A stretch of DNA of 64,000 nt from Desulfatiglandales bacterium (GCA_963662465.1 OY759599.1:5568001-5632000), one strand, 5' to 3'; counted from the first letter of the stretch, positions 39,638 through 50,198 are shown. The notes: generated by a model not told the origin, from the letters alone. A program made the numbers and translations.

Positions 39638-40219
39638 GCGGCAGGCCTTGACGACCATCTTTCCGTCAGCGGCGACAATCTTCAATTGGTGGCCAACAAT
39701 CTCTTTGAGAATTACCCCGATGTTTTTGAGGGGATTATCAAAAGAATGACCGAACGTGTGCCGGGGATAACTGAAATCAAACCCATATCAAGCCCCGACG
39801 GCAGGCTGCTCCTGGGTTTCAGGGATGGTTCATTCAAGGACCCGTTTATCGACAGATATGTCAGTGACGGCACTATCAAGATGTTTGCTTATCTTGTGCT
39901 GCTCAATGACCCTGACCCCCATTCGCTGCTGTGTGTGGAGGAACCGGAAAACCAGTTGTACCCGAAACTGCTTTGGGAGCTGGCCGAAGAGTTCCGTGAT
40001 TATGCGATTCGCGGCGGCCAGGTTTTTGTTTCCACCCATTCCCCGGATTTTTTAAATGCTACGGAGCTGGACGAGGTTTTCTGGCTGGTCAAGCGGGATG
40101 GATTTGCCGACATTGTGCGGGCGCGGGACAACGAGCAGGTTGCGGCATTCATGGCCGATGGGGATCAAATGGGGTATCTTTGGGATCATGGTTTTTTTGA
40201 GGGAGCAGCTCCGGAATGA
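39638..40219 (+). pseudogene. 3' half of the AAA_21 ATPase (copy of 25893-26474)
   Basis: Near-identical translation; the Walker A half is missing. Confidence 0.9.
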
Positions 40220-40364
40220 GAACCATTGTTTTCGCCCTTGAGGAACCGTCCGCAAAGTGTCGGGATCGCGGGCCATTGGCCCGCATCTGATGCTTGAAGG
40301 AAATCGTTCAAAAAGTTTTCGGGCGCTCATTTCAGGTTTGAAGCGCCTGTTGGAAAATGAATAA
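40216..40364 (+). pseudogene. Internally deleted DUF4276 copy
   Basis: The first 38 nt are joined out of frame to the last ~110 nt of 26471-27031. Confidence 0.85.
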
Positions 40365-40376
40365 TGTAAATCCAAA

Positions 40377-41464
40377 CGTGGGTCCCGGATATATGCCTGG
40401 GGAGCCGGGTCCAGTTGGATGAGGAAAAGCGCCTTCAACTGGACCACCACCAGGTACATATTATGGAAAGTCTGGAACAAAACGATCGTTTGCTCATTCA
40501 GGGACCCACCGGCACCGGAAAAACACTTTTGGCCATGAACACGGCGCAGCGGGAATCGGAAAAAGGGAAACGGGTTCTCCTGCTTTGTTTTACCGAAGCC
40601 CTGGCGGCTTTTTTAAGAGAGTGCCTGAAGGATTCAAAGGTCGAGGTGGGCGCAGTAAGGCATTTTGCAAGACATCTTCTGGGGGAAAAAGCGCCGAGAG
40701 AATTGCTGGGGCAAACTTCCGACTATTGGGAAGAGGTGAGTCTGAGGGCAGCGATGGATGGAGTTCCTCCGGAAAAAGAGCGTTGGGAAACCGTTATCGT
40801 GGATGAAGGCCAGGATTTCAGTGGAAACGATTGGGAGTTGGCTCGGGAATGTGTCCACCCGCAGGGAAAGCTCTGGGTTTTTGCGGATCAGGAACAGGCT
40901 TTCTGGCCCGATCGGGGATTGAGCAACGAAACGATGCAGGGATTCATGAAATACAATCTCAAGAAGCCCTACCGGTGCCATCCGGCCATTCAACATCTGG
41001 ATGAATGCTATTCAGGAATTTGCAATCCGGATCATCAATCGCTTCAAAACAGCGTCAAAAAAGGTGTTATTCGAATCATAACCAGCTCCGAGACACGTTT
41101 GATCAAACAAATCGGCAAGGAGATCCATCGTCTTTTGAGCGGTGGCCTCAAACCCGATGATATTGTGGTGTTGTCTCTTCGGGGCAGAGGTTCCAAAGAA
41201 GGCATTATCCACCTGAAAGAAATAGCCGGCCACCCGGTATTTCTTGCGACCGATCCAGCGGCCGGGGAAAACATCATTTGCGACACGTTCCTTCGTTTCA
41301 AAGGGTTGGAACGACCGGCGGTAATTATTACCGATCTTCGACTGGTCTCGAATCTATACGAAAAGCGGATGCATATTGCCGTATCCCGTGCGCTGAGCCT
41401 CCTTCGAATTGTGGGTTTGGAAAGTGAGATTCGAAAAGATGAGCGACTTGCGGGGTTGATTTGA
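40377..41464 (+). pseudogene. Copy of the NERD-helicase lacking the NERD domain; the helicase frame is still open from TTG 40415
   Basis: Colinear with 27714-28801. Confidence 0.85.
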
Positions 41465-41615
41465 CTTGTCCATTTTTTGAAATCAAAAAAGTTGGCGTTT
41501 ACTTCAAAAAAAATTACAGCTTGTGACCGGATATGTCAAACACCTGTGTTATGGTTTCCCACAAGAAAGCTTGGAAGCTTTTGGAAATGGAACCATTTCT
41601 TATCGGGAGGGCAAA

Positions 41616-42053
41616 ATGGACTGGGATGATGAATTTGATAATGGGTATGATGAAATAGGCAATTCATCACAGCAGCATGGGATCATACAGGATCAGGAAA
41701 CCAACAGCGGTTTAGATCCAGTTAACATTACCAATCCATCCAGTGCATATTTTTTTCTAAGCGATGATGCTCAGGATGAGATCAGCGGGAAAGACAAAAA
41801 GAAAATGAAGTGCCAATCCTGTGGGCATTGGTTCAAAAGCGAAATTTACGACAGTTGCCCAAAATGTGACAGCGTTTTTACGGAAGAGATTTTTTCGTTC
41901 ATTGAAGATGAAGAGGTATCCCAAAACCCGAACATGAAATGCCTGCTTTGCGGCCATACATTTCTTGGGGAAACCTACGATAGTTGTCCGGAGTGCTTCA
42001 GTCCAGACACTGAAGAATGGGAGGAAGAGATGGATGAAATGGTGAAATGGTGA
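41616..42053 (+). CDS. Small acidic protein with two Zn ribbons (variant of 28953-29270)
   Basis: Same N-terminus; CQSCG...CPKC plus CLLCG...CPEC. Its stop overlaps the start of the exonuclease gene. Confidence 0.75.
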   Translation: MDWDDEFDNGYDEIGNSSQQHGIIQDQETNSGLDPVNITNPSSAYFFLSDDAQDEISGKDKKKMKCQSCGHWFKSEIYDSCPKCDSVFTEEIFSFIEDEEVSQNPNMKCLLCGHTFLGETYDSCPECFSPDTEEWEEEMDEMVKW

Positions 42054-42859
42054 AATTTGTAACACACACCACTTTTATTGCCTTCGACATCGAAACCACA
42101 GGCCTTACACCGGTGGTGGACGGCATTGTCGAACTCGGTGCGGTGCGATTCTGTGGAAACCAAGTCATTGATACCTTTGATGAGATGGTAGATCCATTGC
42201 GGCCCATCTCCCGTGGCGCATCATCGGTCAATGGGATTACGGATGAAATGGTTCAGAGAAAGCCCACAATCGAAGAGGTGCTTCCGCGTTTCCTGGAATT
42301 CTTAGGTGATGCAGTGCCGGTGGCCCATCATGCGCCTTTTGATGTGGGGTTTCTGGCCTATGAAATTTCAAGGCTGAATCTTGCGGTCCCAGATCAGCCG
42401 GTGCTGGACACCTGCGTGATCCCCAAAAGACTGTTCCCGCATGTGAGTAGTTACAGCCTCGAAAACCTGGCCCGGTTTTTCAGCCTAAAATCCGAAACCT
42501 TTCACCGCGCCCTGGCTGACTCAATGGTGTGTATGAAAATATTGAACCGATGCGTGGCTGAAATGGGAGAACCTGGGCAGGTATCCCTTTCGGAAATTTT
42601 TGAGATAAACGGCCCTTCCGTGAGCCTTTGCAGTGGCGGGATCGTTCTGGATGCATCCTGTCATCCCCTGCAAGCGGCAATTGAAAACGGCAATGAAATA
42701 GAGATCACTTATCGTGATGCTCGGGGCGCCCTGTCTGCTCGAACCATTACGCCTCTTTCTTTGGGTGTTTCAAAGGGGGCGGTCATGATGGAGGCCTTCT
42801 GCCATTTACGAAAAGGAAAACGAAATTTTAGGTTGGATCGCATCGTGGAGATTCGATGA
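42047..42859 (+). CDS. DEDDh exonuclease-WYL, intact second copy
   Basis: All Exo motifs and the WYL domain are retained; near-identical to 30068-30907. Confidence 0.9.
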   Translation: MVKFVTHTTFIAFDIETTGLTPVVDGIVELGAVRFCGNQVIDTFDEMVDPLRPISRGASSVNGITDEMVQRKPTIEEVLPRFLEFLGDAVPVAHHAPFDVGFLAYEISRLNLAVPDQPVLDTCVIPKRLFPHVSSYSLENLARFFSLKSETFHRALADSMVCMKILNRCVAEMGEPGQVSLSEIFEINGPSVSLCSGGIVLDASCHPLQAAIENGNEIEITYRDARGALSARTITPLSLGVSKGAVMMEAFCHLRKGKRNFRLDRIVEIR

Positions 42860-43578
42860 TCAGAAAACAGAACGCCATTACCGGGAGTGTAATCTATTCC
42901 CACTTTCGGCATCTCTGCCCCTATCACACCTGGCTCCTTTTTAATGTGGGGTTTACGGAAGTAACGCCTGCCCCTTCAGATCGGATGCTCATGGATACGG
43001 GCATTCGCCATGAAGATGAGGCCCTGAGATATTTCAAGAATCAACTGGGGGATGAGTGTGTTGAAATCCCGGCTGTTGAGGGTCAAAACACCGAGCAGGA
43101 TATGGCGCTCAGGGCCGAGAAAACCGTTGTGGCCATGCAGGAAGGGAAACAGGTTATTTACCACGGTATTCTGGCGCCCGACATGCGCCTGCTTGAAAAT
43201 GCTCTCAGCCCATTGCCTTACGACATTCCCATGCGGGGTGAAACGGATTTTCTCTTCAGGGTGGATACCGGCGAAAAGACCAAATGGGGGCCGTTTCATT
43301 ACGAAGTGGGAGATGCGAAGTTTTCACGGTCCTCAAAATTCTGCCAGCAGATGCAGGTGACGTTCTACGCCTGGCTCCTTGCGCAAATTCAAGGGACGTC
43401 TGCCCAATGCGGCAGAATTTTAACCCGGCCCCTGGGTGAGGAAGTGGTGGACGGCAGGACCGTCCTGCGGTCGGAAGGGATTACCCTCGCAAACCATTTC
43501 AAGCGGTGGTACTTTCATGCAAAGGAATCACAGACAATCGTGGAGGCCACTGAGTTCGCTGGAAAGCTTAGTGAATAA
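42856..43578 (+). pseudogene. In-frame deletion fusion of the TM0106 nuclease N-terminus to the last ~45 aa of the SF1 helicase
   Basis: ...GRILTRPLG|EEVVDGRTVLRS...; the junction at ~43438 removes the equivalent of 31487-34593. Confidence 0.9.
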
Positions 43579-43816
43579 TTCCGGGAGCGGGTAGAAGCAG
43601 CAATGCTCTATTGCCAGCATCAAAATTGGGAGGATGAAATAAGAAAATATACATGGGCGCCAGCAAAGAAAAAAACGAATCCCAAAATCCTTGATGGGAT
43701 CAAAATGTTGTAAGTTGAGAGGTCCTAACGCAGGCTATGCCCGCAACCCAAGGTTTGAAAAACTACCATCAGAAAAAACCTCAAAGAGCCGCTATATGAG
43801 CAGGTCCTCAGCGCTA

Positions 43817-44677
43817 TCAAGAAATTTTCTTGTTTTTTGTTCTACCTGTGAAATACCGTGATACAAAGTGGCCGATGGCGTCGGCGTATCGCGGATCCAG
43901 ACTCGAACTGCTGTGATCGGACCCCTTGGCCACGAATAATGCCGCTTTTCCCGCAGGGAAAGAATCCCGCAACCGCCAGGCATTGTGCAGGGGAAAGCTC
44001 CGATCCTTTTCGCCGTGAATGATCAACACCGGTACATCGATGGTTCGGGCCAATCGTACGGGACTTATGGAATCCATTTGAAACCGGTAATAGATATCCA
44101 TCCAGAAAACGATCATGGACCCGAAAAGAAGGCCGAAAAGAGGGTTAACACTTCGGTAAAGACTGCGCAGACCTTCTTTTGTCCGCGCGTAACACCCTTC
44201 CAGAAATAGAAGTCTGATCCGGTCCGGATGCCGGGAGGCCGCCAGGATGGCCCCGGCAGCCCCGGCTGAATGCCCATACAGGAGGACCGGTTCGTCCAGC
44301 CCACCGAGAATAGATTCGATATCCTCGGCAAAACGAAAAGCGTTCATGCCGCGGTTGGGGGTGGAATGGCCATGGTCCCTGGCACTGTGCATGACCGTCT
44401 TAAACCCCAGTTTCCCAAAAACCCTGGCCCGGCCCGTCATGCGGTCCCGGTTTCGGCTCCAGCCATGGGCCAGCAGAACAGTCCCCCTGGACGGCGTTTC
44501 AGGTTCCACGATCCATACTTCCAGCATTCCCCCGTCCACGGCGGGAATCTGAATATCTTTAACACGACCCCAGTCGGGTTTATCCTGAACCGGCCTGCGA
44601 GGGATTTGATGGGCCAGAACCGTTAGAAAAAGCGTCGACAGAAGATAGATCGCCACAACAATCATCAGGACCCACAT
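43817..44677 (-). CDS. Alpha/beta hydrolase with an N-terminal membrane anchor
   Basis: HGWS, nucleophile GHSAG, IIHGEKD, SDH. Confidence 0.88.
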   Translation of the reverse strand: MWVLMIVVAIYLLSTLFLTVLAHQIPRRPVQDKPDWGRVKDIQIPAVDGGMLEVWIVEPETPSRGTVLLAHGWSRNRDRMTGRARVFGKLGFKTVMHSARDHGHSTPNRGMNAFRFAEDIESILGGLDEPVLLYGHSAGAAGAILAASRHPDRIRLLFLEGCYARTKEGLRSLYRSVNPLFGLLFGSMIVFWMDIYYRFQMDSISPVRLARTIDVPVLIIHGEKDRSFPLHNAWRLRDSFPAGKAALFVAKGSDHSSSSLDPRYADAIGHFVSRYFTGRTKNKKIS

Positions 44678-44753
44678 GAATAATCGGCAACTCCCTTCCT
44701 TATTTTTAACTTAAAACTTAAAACCGTGCCTGAACGGGGTTTTCGTTCAGCCA

Positions 44754-45176
44754 CTATTTGAGAGCTGCCGTTATCTTTTCGGCAGTCGCCTTGATATCAT
44801 CTATATTCCCCGGTTTAATTTCCCACGCTGAAACCGGAAGGGCCGGCCCCCCGGGGATTTTCGGGATCAGGTGGAGGTGGTAGTGCATCACCACCTGGTT
44901 CACGCCCCGCCCATTCAGCTGAACGCAGGCGACACCCGAGGGCTTCAAGGCCGCCTCAATCCCCGCCATAACCTTTTTTGAGGCCCTGTGTACGGCGGTA
45001 AGATCTTCTTCGGAAATTTCCATAAGATTGGCCGCATGGTTTTTGGGAATAATCAGGGTATGCCCCGGCGATACGGGGTTAATATCCGCAAAGGCCAGAA
45101 CCTGATCATCCTCGTACACCTTGAAACTGGGAATTTCGCCTTTGACAATTTTACAAAAGATGCAATCTTCCATCAT
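44754..45176 (-). CDS. HIT-family hydrolase
   Basis: CIFCKI, GHTLIIPK, HYHLHLIP. Confidence 0.95.
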   Translation of the reverse strand: MMEDCIFCKIVKGEIPSFKVYEDDQVLAFADINPVSPGHTLIIPKNHAANLMEISEEDLTAVHRASKKVMAGIEAALKPSGVACVQLNGRGVNQVVMHYHLHLIPKIPGGPALPVSAWEIKPGNIDDIKATAEKITAALK

Positions 45177-45185
45177 TTGAGCTCC

Positions 45186-45530
45186 TTAGGGCTGAATAGC
45201 CAGATTGTTTTCTTGAATAATACCCTGAATTGCCAGTCTCTTTTCTTCAGAAACGACAGGGTTCTTTTTGAGATTCATGCTGCGCATGACGTCATAGGCG
45301 CCATCCTCAAAAAGCACCGGAATCTGAGTGACGTAATCCGGATGATGACAGCAACCCGGCGCAAAATAACGTCCGGCTTTTTTTCCCTCCGGAAGCGTCT
45401 TTCGGGCCCTGTCATACATGTCCCGGCCCATGACCATGCCCACCTGCCCGTTGAGGGCGGCAACCATTTGTTCTGGATTAAAAAGTCTCTTCTTTTCCAC
45501 CGTTGTTTTTTCCTCCGGTCCCCGTGTCAA
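45186..45530 (-). CDS. Conserved hypothetical protein (start likely near 45500)
   Basis: The ORF fills the gap between co-oriented genes; APGCC...QIPVLFEDGAYDVMR. Confidence 0.7.
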   Translation of the reverse strand: MTRGPEEKTTVEKKRLFNPEQMVAALNGQVGMVMGRDMYDRARKTLPEGKKAGRYFAPGCCHHPDYVTQIPVLFEDGAYDVMRSMNLKKNPVVSEEKRLAIQGIIQENNLAIQP

Positions 45531-46548
45531 GATTATCGGATAGGTTTATCTCCGAAACAAGGCGTTTAAGGGGGTTTAGGCCGTGATCTGAAACTTTCTC
45601 AAGCAGCGACCCAAGGCTTTTCAGGGCATGGGGAATATAGGCCTCAAAATAGGTTTTTTTCATGACCTTTGACAGAAATGAAAAGGCGCCCAGGATTTGA
45701 AGGTTCCGCTGAATGGCCAGGTAGGGGTAGTCCCTTTCAAAGGGTGCGACCCATGCGGGGTTTCGGTCTTTTACCAGCGCGATATAGGCGTTGTAAATCT
45801 TCTGTTTTTGATGACCGGACAACCGGACATAGGGGTCCACGAGGAGGGACGCCAGGTCATAGGCCAGGGGCCCAAACCGACCGCCCTGCCAATCGATGAT
45901 CCCGATTTTTTGATCCATTACCATGATGTTTCTGGATTGAAAGTCCCGATGAATGAAAAACCCGGCCTCCGCCCGGGACGCCAGATCTGCCAAATGATCA
46001 AAGGCGGCTTCAAGGCCCGGCCATGAGGGTTCATATCCCAGAAAACCCACCAGAAAGGCATCCCTGAAATAGTGGGCTTCATACTGTTGCATCACGGTCC
46101 GATCATAACGTTCGGTCTGGCAGCACCATGTGGGATCAAACCCTTCCCCCCCCTTGACCTGCATCCGAAACAGATGGGCCAGAACCTTATCATAAACGGG
46201 AACGGGGTCTTTGCCCGCCAGAACCACGTCCTGAAGGTTTGTATGGCCCAGATCCTCCATAATAAACCACCCTTTGCCAAGGTCGTATTGATGAATGGCG
46301 GGAAGCGGAATCTCTTTTTGTCCAAGGTGTCGGGCAATGGCGAGGTAGGCGCGATTTTCGCGGTCCAAGGCCTCCGTCACCGGGGGATTGGCCATGGCAA
46401 TGAACGATCGCTTTGATTTTAACCCATTAATCCGCCAGAAAACACGTGGGGAACCATCGCCTTGCAGCTGATCAAAGGACACGGCTGTTTCACCAGGGTT
46501 CGCTATTTTAAAAAAAGCCGTGAGATTCTTTTTGAATTCCGGGTCCAT
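45478..46548 (-). CDS. amgK: APH-family phosphotransferase, likely MurNAc/GlcNAc kinase AmgK
   Basis: GDGSPR, MEDLG, HRDFQSRNIM, IDWQG, YDLASLL, QRNLQILGAF; adjacent to murU-like and nagZ genes. Confidence 0.78.
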   Translation of the reverse strand: MDPEFKKNLTAFFKIANPGETAVSFDQLQGDGSPRVFWRINGLKSKRSFIAMANPPVTEALDRENRAYLAIARHLGQKEIPLPAIHQYDLGKGWFIMEDLGHTNLQDVVLAGKDPVPVYDKVLAHLFRMQVKGGEGFDPTWCCQTERYDRTVMQQYEAHYFRDAFLVGFLGYEPSWPGLEAAFDHLADLASRAEAGFFIHRDFQSRNIMVMDQKIGIIDWQGGRFGPLAYDLASLLVDPYVRLSGHQKQKIYNAYIALVKDRNPAWVAPFERDYPYLAIQRNLQILGAFSFLSKVMKKTYFEAYIPHALKSLGSLLEKVSDHGLNPLKRLVSEINLSDNLDTGTGGKNNGGKEETF

Positions 46549-46570
46549 AATCCGCCTGAAAAACCCCAGG

Positions 46571-47473
46571 TTATCGAATATCGTCCATTAAATTTTCCGT
46601 TACCTCACCGGCTGTGGCAACGATGCTGTCAATGATCTTGACGTCTTTTCCGACAATGACATTTCCCCATAAAATGGAACGAACCACCGATGCGTTTTTT
46701 TCCAGAGAGACCCTATCCCCCAGAACGGCCCAATCCTTCAACCGGGCATGGTCATGAATCCGGCAGTCCCGGCCCAATAGAAAAGGGGCGCCGTTTAATG
46801 TTTCCCGGTTGGCTTCAATATAGCTTTCAATGGTTCCCGCATCCCGCCAGTAATGGTTTTGCACCAGATGTCCCCGTAGGGGGCGGTTTTCCCGAATAAG
46901 GGCGCGATAACATTCCAGGATGCAGGAAAAACGATCGGGCGGAATATGGTCCAGCACTTCGGGGTTCATAATGTGGATGCCCGTAAACGCCAACCGTCCC
47001 GTTTTCGGTTCGGCGCTAATATCGAGAATATTCCGGTTTTCATCGACTTTGATCTGATTAAAGGGTTTGAAGTCGTGAAGTACCAGCGTTGCTAAATCAC
47101 CTCTTTTTTGATGGGTTTCATAGGCCAGGGAAAGATCGATATCCGTCAGGATATCCCCGTTCACCACAATGAAGGGTTCGGTGTCCCAGAACCATCGGGT
47201 TTTTCGGATGCCGCCGCCCGTGCCCAGGATCTCCGGCTCCTCACTGACATGAATCCGGATGCCGAAAGGCCGTCCTTCATCCAGATAATCGTAAATCTGG
47301 TTCCGGTGATGGTGCGCGTTCACCACGATCTCATCCACCCCGTGGGCTTTCAGCCAGGTAATGGTGTGGTAAATGATGGCCCTGTTTCCCACGGGGACCA
47401 GGGGTTTGGGCCGGCTTAATGTGAGGGGCAAAAGCCGGTTTCCCATGCCGGCGGCCAGAATCATTGCTTTCAT
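46571..47473 (-). CDS. murU: Nucleotidyltransferase, MurU-like
   Basis: MKAMILAAGMGNRLLPLT..PKPL, LGTGGG, VNGDI; gene context. Confidence 0.75.
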   Translation of the reverse strand: MKAMILAAGMGNRLLPLTLSRPKPLVPVGNRAIIYHTITWLKAHGVDEIVVNAHHHRNQIYDYLDEGRPFGIRIHVSEEPEILGTGGGIRKTRWFWDTEPFIVVNGDILTDIDLSLAYETHQKRGDLATLVLHDFKPFNQIKVDENRNILDISAEPKTGRLAFTGIHIMNPEVLDHIPPDRFSCILECYRALIRENRPLRGHLVQNHYWRDAGTIESYIEANRETLNGAPFLLGRDCRIHDHARLKDWAVLGDRVSLEKNASVVRSILWGNVIVGKDVKIIDSIVATAGEVTENLMDDIR

Positions 47474-47565
47474 GGGTCAAATTTTCCATTGCATTTGTTT
47501 GTTACTGATTATACATGATGAAGGCTCATGTCAATGTTGTTTTTCTTGTGAAGGAAGGATCACCC

Positions 47566-48687
47566 ATGCATTCCACCCTTGAGCTTTCAGAACTTCATCA
47601 CCATATCGGCAGATTGTTTATGGCCGGTATGCCCGGCCCCCATTTGGATGAGGGAACCGTTTCACTTATTCGAGACAGGGGGCTGGGAGGAATCATTCTC
47701 TTTAAAAGAAATATTGTTGAACCACTTCAGGTGGCGGCGCTTTGCAATGATCTTCAGGAAACCGCCATGAAATACCATGGCATTCCACTTTTTCTGGGCG
47801 TAGACCAGGAAGGCGGACGCGTGGCCCGTTTGCGGGAACCCTTCACCTGTTTTCCCGGAAACAGCGCCATTGGCCATGGCCCCCATTCCGAGGAAATGGC
47901 CGCCCGGTTCGGCCGGGTGACGGCAACGGAAATGCGGTTGGTGGGGCTCAACATGAATATGGCGCCGGTACTGGATGTGCCCAGGGGGTCAGTTGACAAA
48001 CACCTGGAAGGTCGAACCTTCGGCGAGGACCCGGAAAAAGTGGGCAGACTGGGGCGAATCGTTATCAAAACCCTTCAGGAAAATGGCGTTATGGCCGTGG
48101 GAAAACACTTTCCCGGATTGGGAAAGGCACGTCTGGACCCTCATTTACATCTTCCCACCATCGAAGCGGAGAAAAACGAAATTGAAACCGTCAACCTGCC
48201 GCCCTTTCAGGCGGCCATCGGGGAAGGGGTTTCCGCCATCATGACATCCCATGCTCTTTACCCAAGCCTGGATGTGGATTATCCGGCGACCCTTTCTTAT
48301 TCGATCCTTACGGAATTGCTGCGGGGCCGAATGGGGTTTCAAGGACTGATCGTTACGGATGATCTGGAAATGGGCGCCATTAGAGAGGGGCAGGGTAAGG
48401 AAACGCCAGGCGTGGCCGAGGGTGCGGTAAAAGCCTTTGAGGCGGGAAATGATGTCTTGCTGATTTGTGAAAACCAAAGGCTTGTGTGGGAGGCCATGGA
48501 TAACGTGAGAAACCGGCTTTTTGCAAATGAAGCGCTGCTTTCCCGGCTTCATGCATCGGTAAGCCGCATCATGGCCGCCAAGGAGAAAATAGGAAACTGG
48601 GAGCCTGCTTCCCTGGAAAAGGTGAAACGCTATTTTGAGGGGAAAAACGGAAAACAAAACACCTCACAGATCCATCATTCATTTTGA
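47566..48687 (+). CDS. nagZ: Beta-N-acetylhexosaminidase (GH3)
   Basis: DQEGGRV, APVLD, KHFPGLG...DPH, TDDLEM. Confidence 0.93.
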   Translation: MHSTLELSELHHHIGRLFMAGMPGPHLDEGTVSLIRDRGLGGIILFKRNIVEPLQVAALCNDLQETAMKYHGIPLFLGVDQEGGRVARLREPFTCFPGNSAIGHGPHSEEMAARFGRVTATEMRLVGLNMNMAPVLDVPRGSVDKHLEGRTFGEDPEKVGRLGRIVIKTLQENGVMAVGKHFPGLGKARLDPHLHLPTIEAEKNEIETVNLPPFQAAIGEGVSAIMTSHALYPSLDVDYPATLSYSILTELLRGRMGFQGLIVTDDLEMGAIREGQGKETPGVAEGAVKAFEAGNDVLLICENQRLVWEAMDNVRNRLFANEALLSRLHASVSRIMAAKEKIGNWEPASLEKVKRYFEGKNGKQNTSQIHHSF

Positions 48688-49843
48688 CATGGACGCCTTT
48701 TACCCGGCGGTGGAGGTTCTTGACAATCCCGAATTCAAAGGGAAGGCGGTTATTGTGGGCGGCAGCAGGGAAAGGGGCGTTGTGTCTTCCGCTTCCTACG
48801 AGGCGCGGCGGTTCGGCGTTCACGCTGCTCAACCCATAGCAACCGCCATGCGCCTTTGCCCAAACGCAATTTTTTTGCACGGCAGAATGCATCGGTATCA
48901 GGAGCTTTCAAAACGAATTTTTGAGATTTTTGCGCGTTTCACGCCTTTGGTCGAGCCACTTTCCATAGACGAGGCGTTCCTTGACGTCACCGGCTCCATG
49001 CGCCTTCTCGGAGACCCCATCGAAATCGCAAAAAAAGTGAAAGCAATGGTTCTGGGGGAAATCGGGCTTACGGTTTCGGCGGGTGTTGCGCCGTCCAAGT
49101 TTGTTGCAAAGATTGCCTCCGACATGGATAAACCTGATGGGTTGACGGTTGTAATGCCGGACAGGGTTGGCGCATTTTTGGATCCACTTCCCATAAAGAA
49201 GATGTGGGGCGTCGGGAAAGTGACGCAAAAAATTTTAGCGCAGCTCAACATTCATACATTCAAGGATTTAAGGCTTTGCAACCCGGATGTTCTGGAACGA
49301 AAATTCGGGAAACACGGGGCCGACATGCATTTTTTATCCATGGGCATGGATGAAAGGGATGTTGTCCCTGGGCATGAAACCAAGTCCGTGGGGCACGAAC
49401 AAACCTTCAGGCATGACATCATGGATTTGGCGGATGCAAAAAAGGCGCTTCTGGCTTTGGCGACCCAGGTGGCCCGCAGGATGCGCAAAGCAAAATTGAC
49501 GGGGAAAACCGTTTCCCTGAAAGTCAAATATCATGACTTCCAGCAAATCACCCGGGCGGCAGCACTTCCTAAATTCACCAATGACGGTTTTGAGATATAC
49601 CGGGCGGCATGCGACCTCCTTCAAAAAACAGCGGTTGGCAAACGGCCGGTCCGGCTTCTGGGCATCTCCTTATCCCAACTCGGTTTTGCTCATACGGAAA
49701 GACAACTATCCCTTTTTAACGATGGTCCATCATTTCAGAAAAGGGAGGAACTGAACATCGCTCTTGACGCAATTCTTGAAAAACACGGCGACAAAAGTGT
49801 CCAACCCGCCACGCTTTTACCCGAGAAAGAGAAGGATTCTTAG
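48635..49843 (+). CDS. dinB: DNA polymerase IV
   Basis: HFDMDAFY, ASYEARRFGV, SIDEAFLD, AKIASD..KPDG. The start codon is uncertain. Confidence 0.95.
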   Translation: MRGKTENKTPHRSIIHFDMDAFYPAVEVLDNPEFKGKAVIVGGSRERGVVSSASYEARRFGVHAAQPIATAMRLCPNAIFLHGRMHRYQELSKRIFEIFARFTPLVEPLSIDEAFLDVTGSMRLLGDPIEIAKKVKAMVLGEIGLTVSAGVAPSKFVAKIASDMDKPDGLTVVMPDRVGAFLDPLPIKKMWGVGKVTQKILAQLNIHTFKDLRLCNPDVLERKFGKHGADMHFLSMGMDERDVVPGHETKSVGHEQTFRHDIMDLADAKKALLALATQVARRMRKAKLTGKTVSLKVKYHDFQQITRAAALPKFTNDGFEIYRAACDLLQKTAVGKRPVRLLGISLSQLGFAHTERQLSLFNDGPSFQKREELNIALDAILEKHGDKSVQPATLLPEKEKDS

Positions 49844-50190
49844 CATTCAGTTGTAAATATGCCCTTTTTTGAACGGACGATATGCCTTAATGTCGTCTCA
49901 TTGCTCGCCTTCAACCATTTTTCCTGAAAACGGGGTTGTTGCACTATCTCCGCGATGGCGGACAAGGCATAGAGATGGTAATCCCGCTGATTGGGCGTTC
50001 CCAAAAGAACAAAGACCGCTGTTACCTTAGGCGCCAACCTGGAAAAATGAATGCCCTCCCTGCAGCGGGCCATCAAAATGAAGAAAGTATTTTCGCCTTC
50101 AATGATAATATGCGGAATCGCCAGATCCGGTCTGAGGGCCGTGCTGCCCTCCTGTTCCCTTTCCATAAGCAACTGAAAGAGCGTTTCCAC
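49840..50190 (-). CDS. PTS IIA(Ntr/Fru)-like domain, probably the frameshifted C-terminus of the antiporter
   Basis: RE..GSTAL...AIPH. Adding one T to the minus-strand TTT at 50201-50203 joins it to the upstream ORF. Confidence 0.75.
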   Translation of the reverse strand: METLFQLLMEREQEGSTALRPDLAIPHIIIEGENTFFILMARCREGIHFSRLAPKVTAVFVLLGTPNQRDYHLYALSAIAEIVQQPRFQEKWLKASNETTLRHIVRSKKGIFTTEC

Positions 50191-50198
50191 CGGTAGGT

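Larger units (their letters stand above)
38055..43612 (+). repeat. Diverged, internally deleted second copy of island segment ~14704-34770
   Basis: Colinear blocks: 38055-38188~14704-14837; 39341-39564~21917-22139; 39565-39637~23768-23840; 39638-40253~25893-26508; 40254-40376~26921-27043; 40377-41790~27714-29127; ~42065-43438~30113-31486; 43439-43612~34594-34770. Confidence 0.93.

Noticed and set aside
38055..43612. Pure assembly duplication
   Set aside because: The copy has many dispersed substitutions and unique genes, so it is not an exact duplicate. A strain chimera can only be excluded with reads.
43612..43816. Island attachment site at the right boundary
   Set aside because: There is no tRNA end, integrase or convincing direct repeat, only a 7-bp AGGTCCT recurrence that could be chance.
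45478..49843. amgK-murU/nagZ-dinB cluster as a novelty
   Set aside because: This is the known peptidoglycan-recycling pathway. The nagZ-dinB overlap most likely reflects an uncertain dinB start codon.
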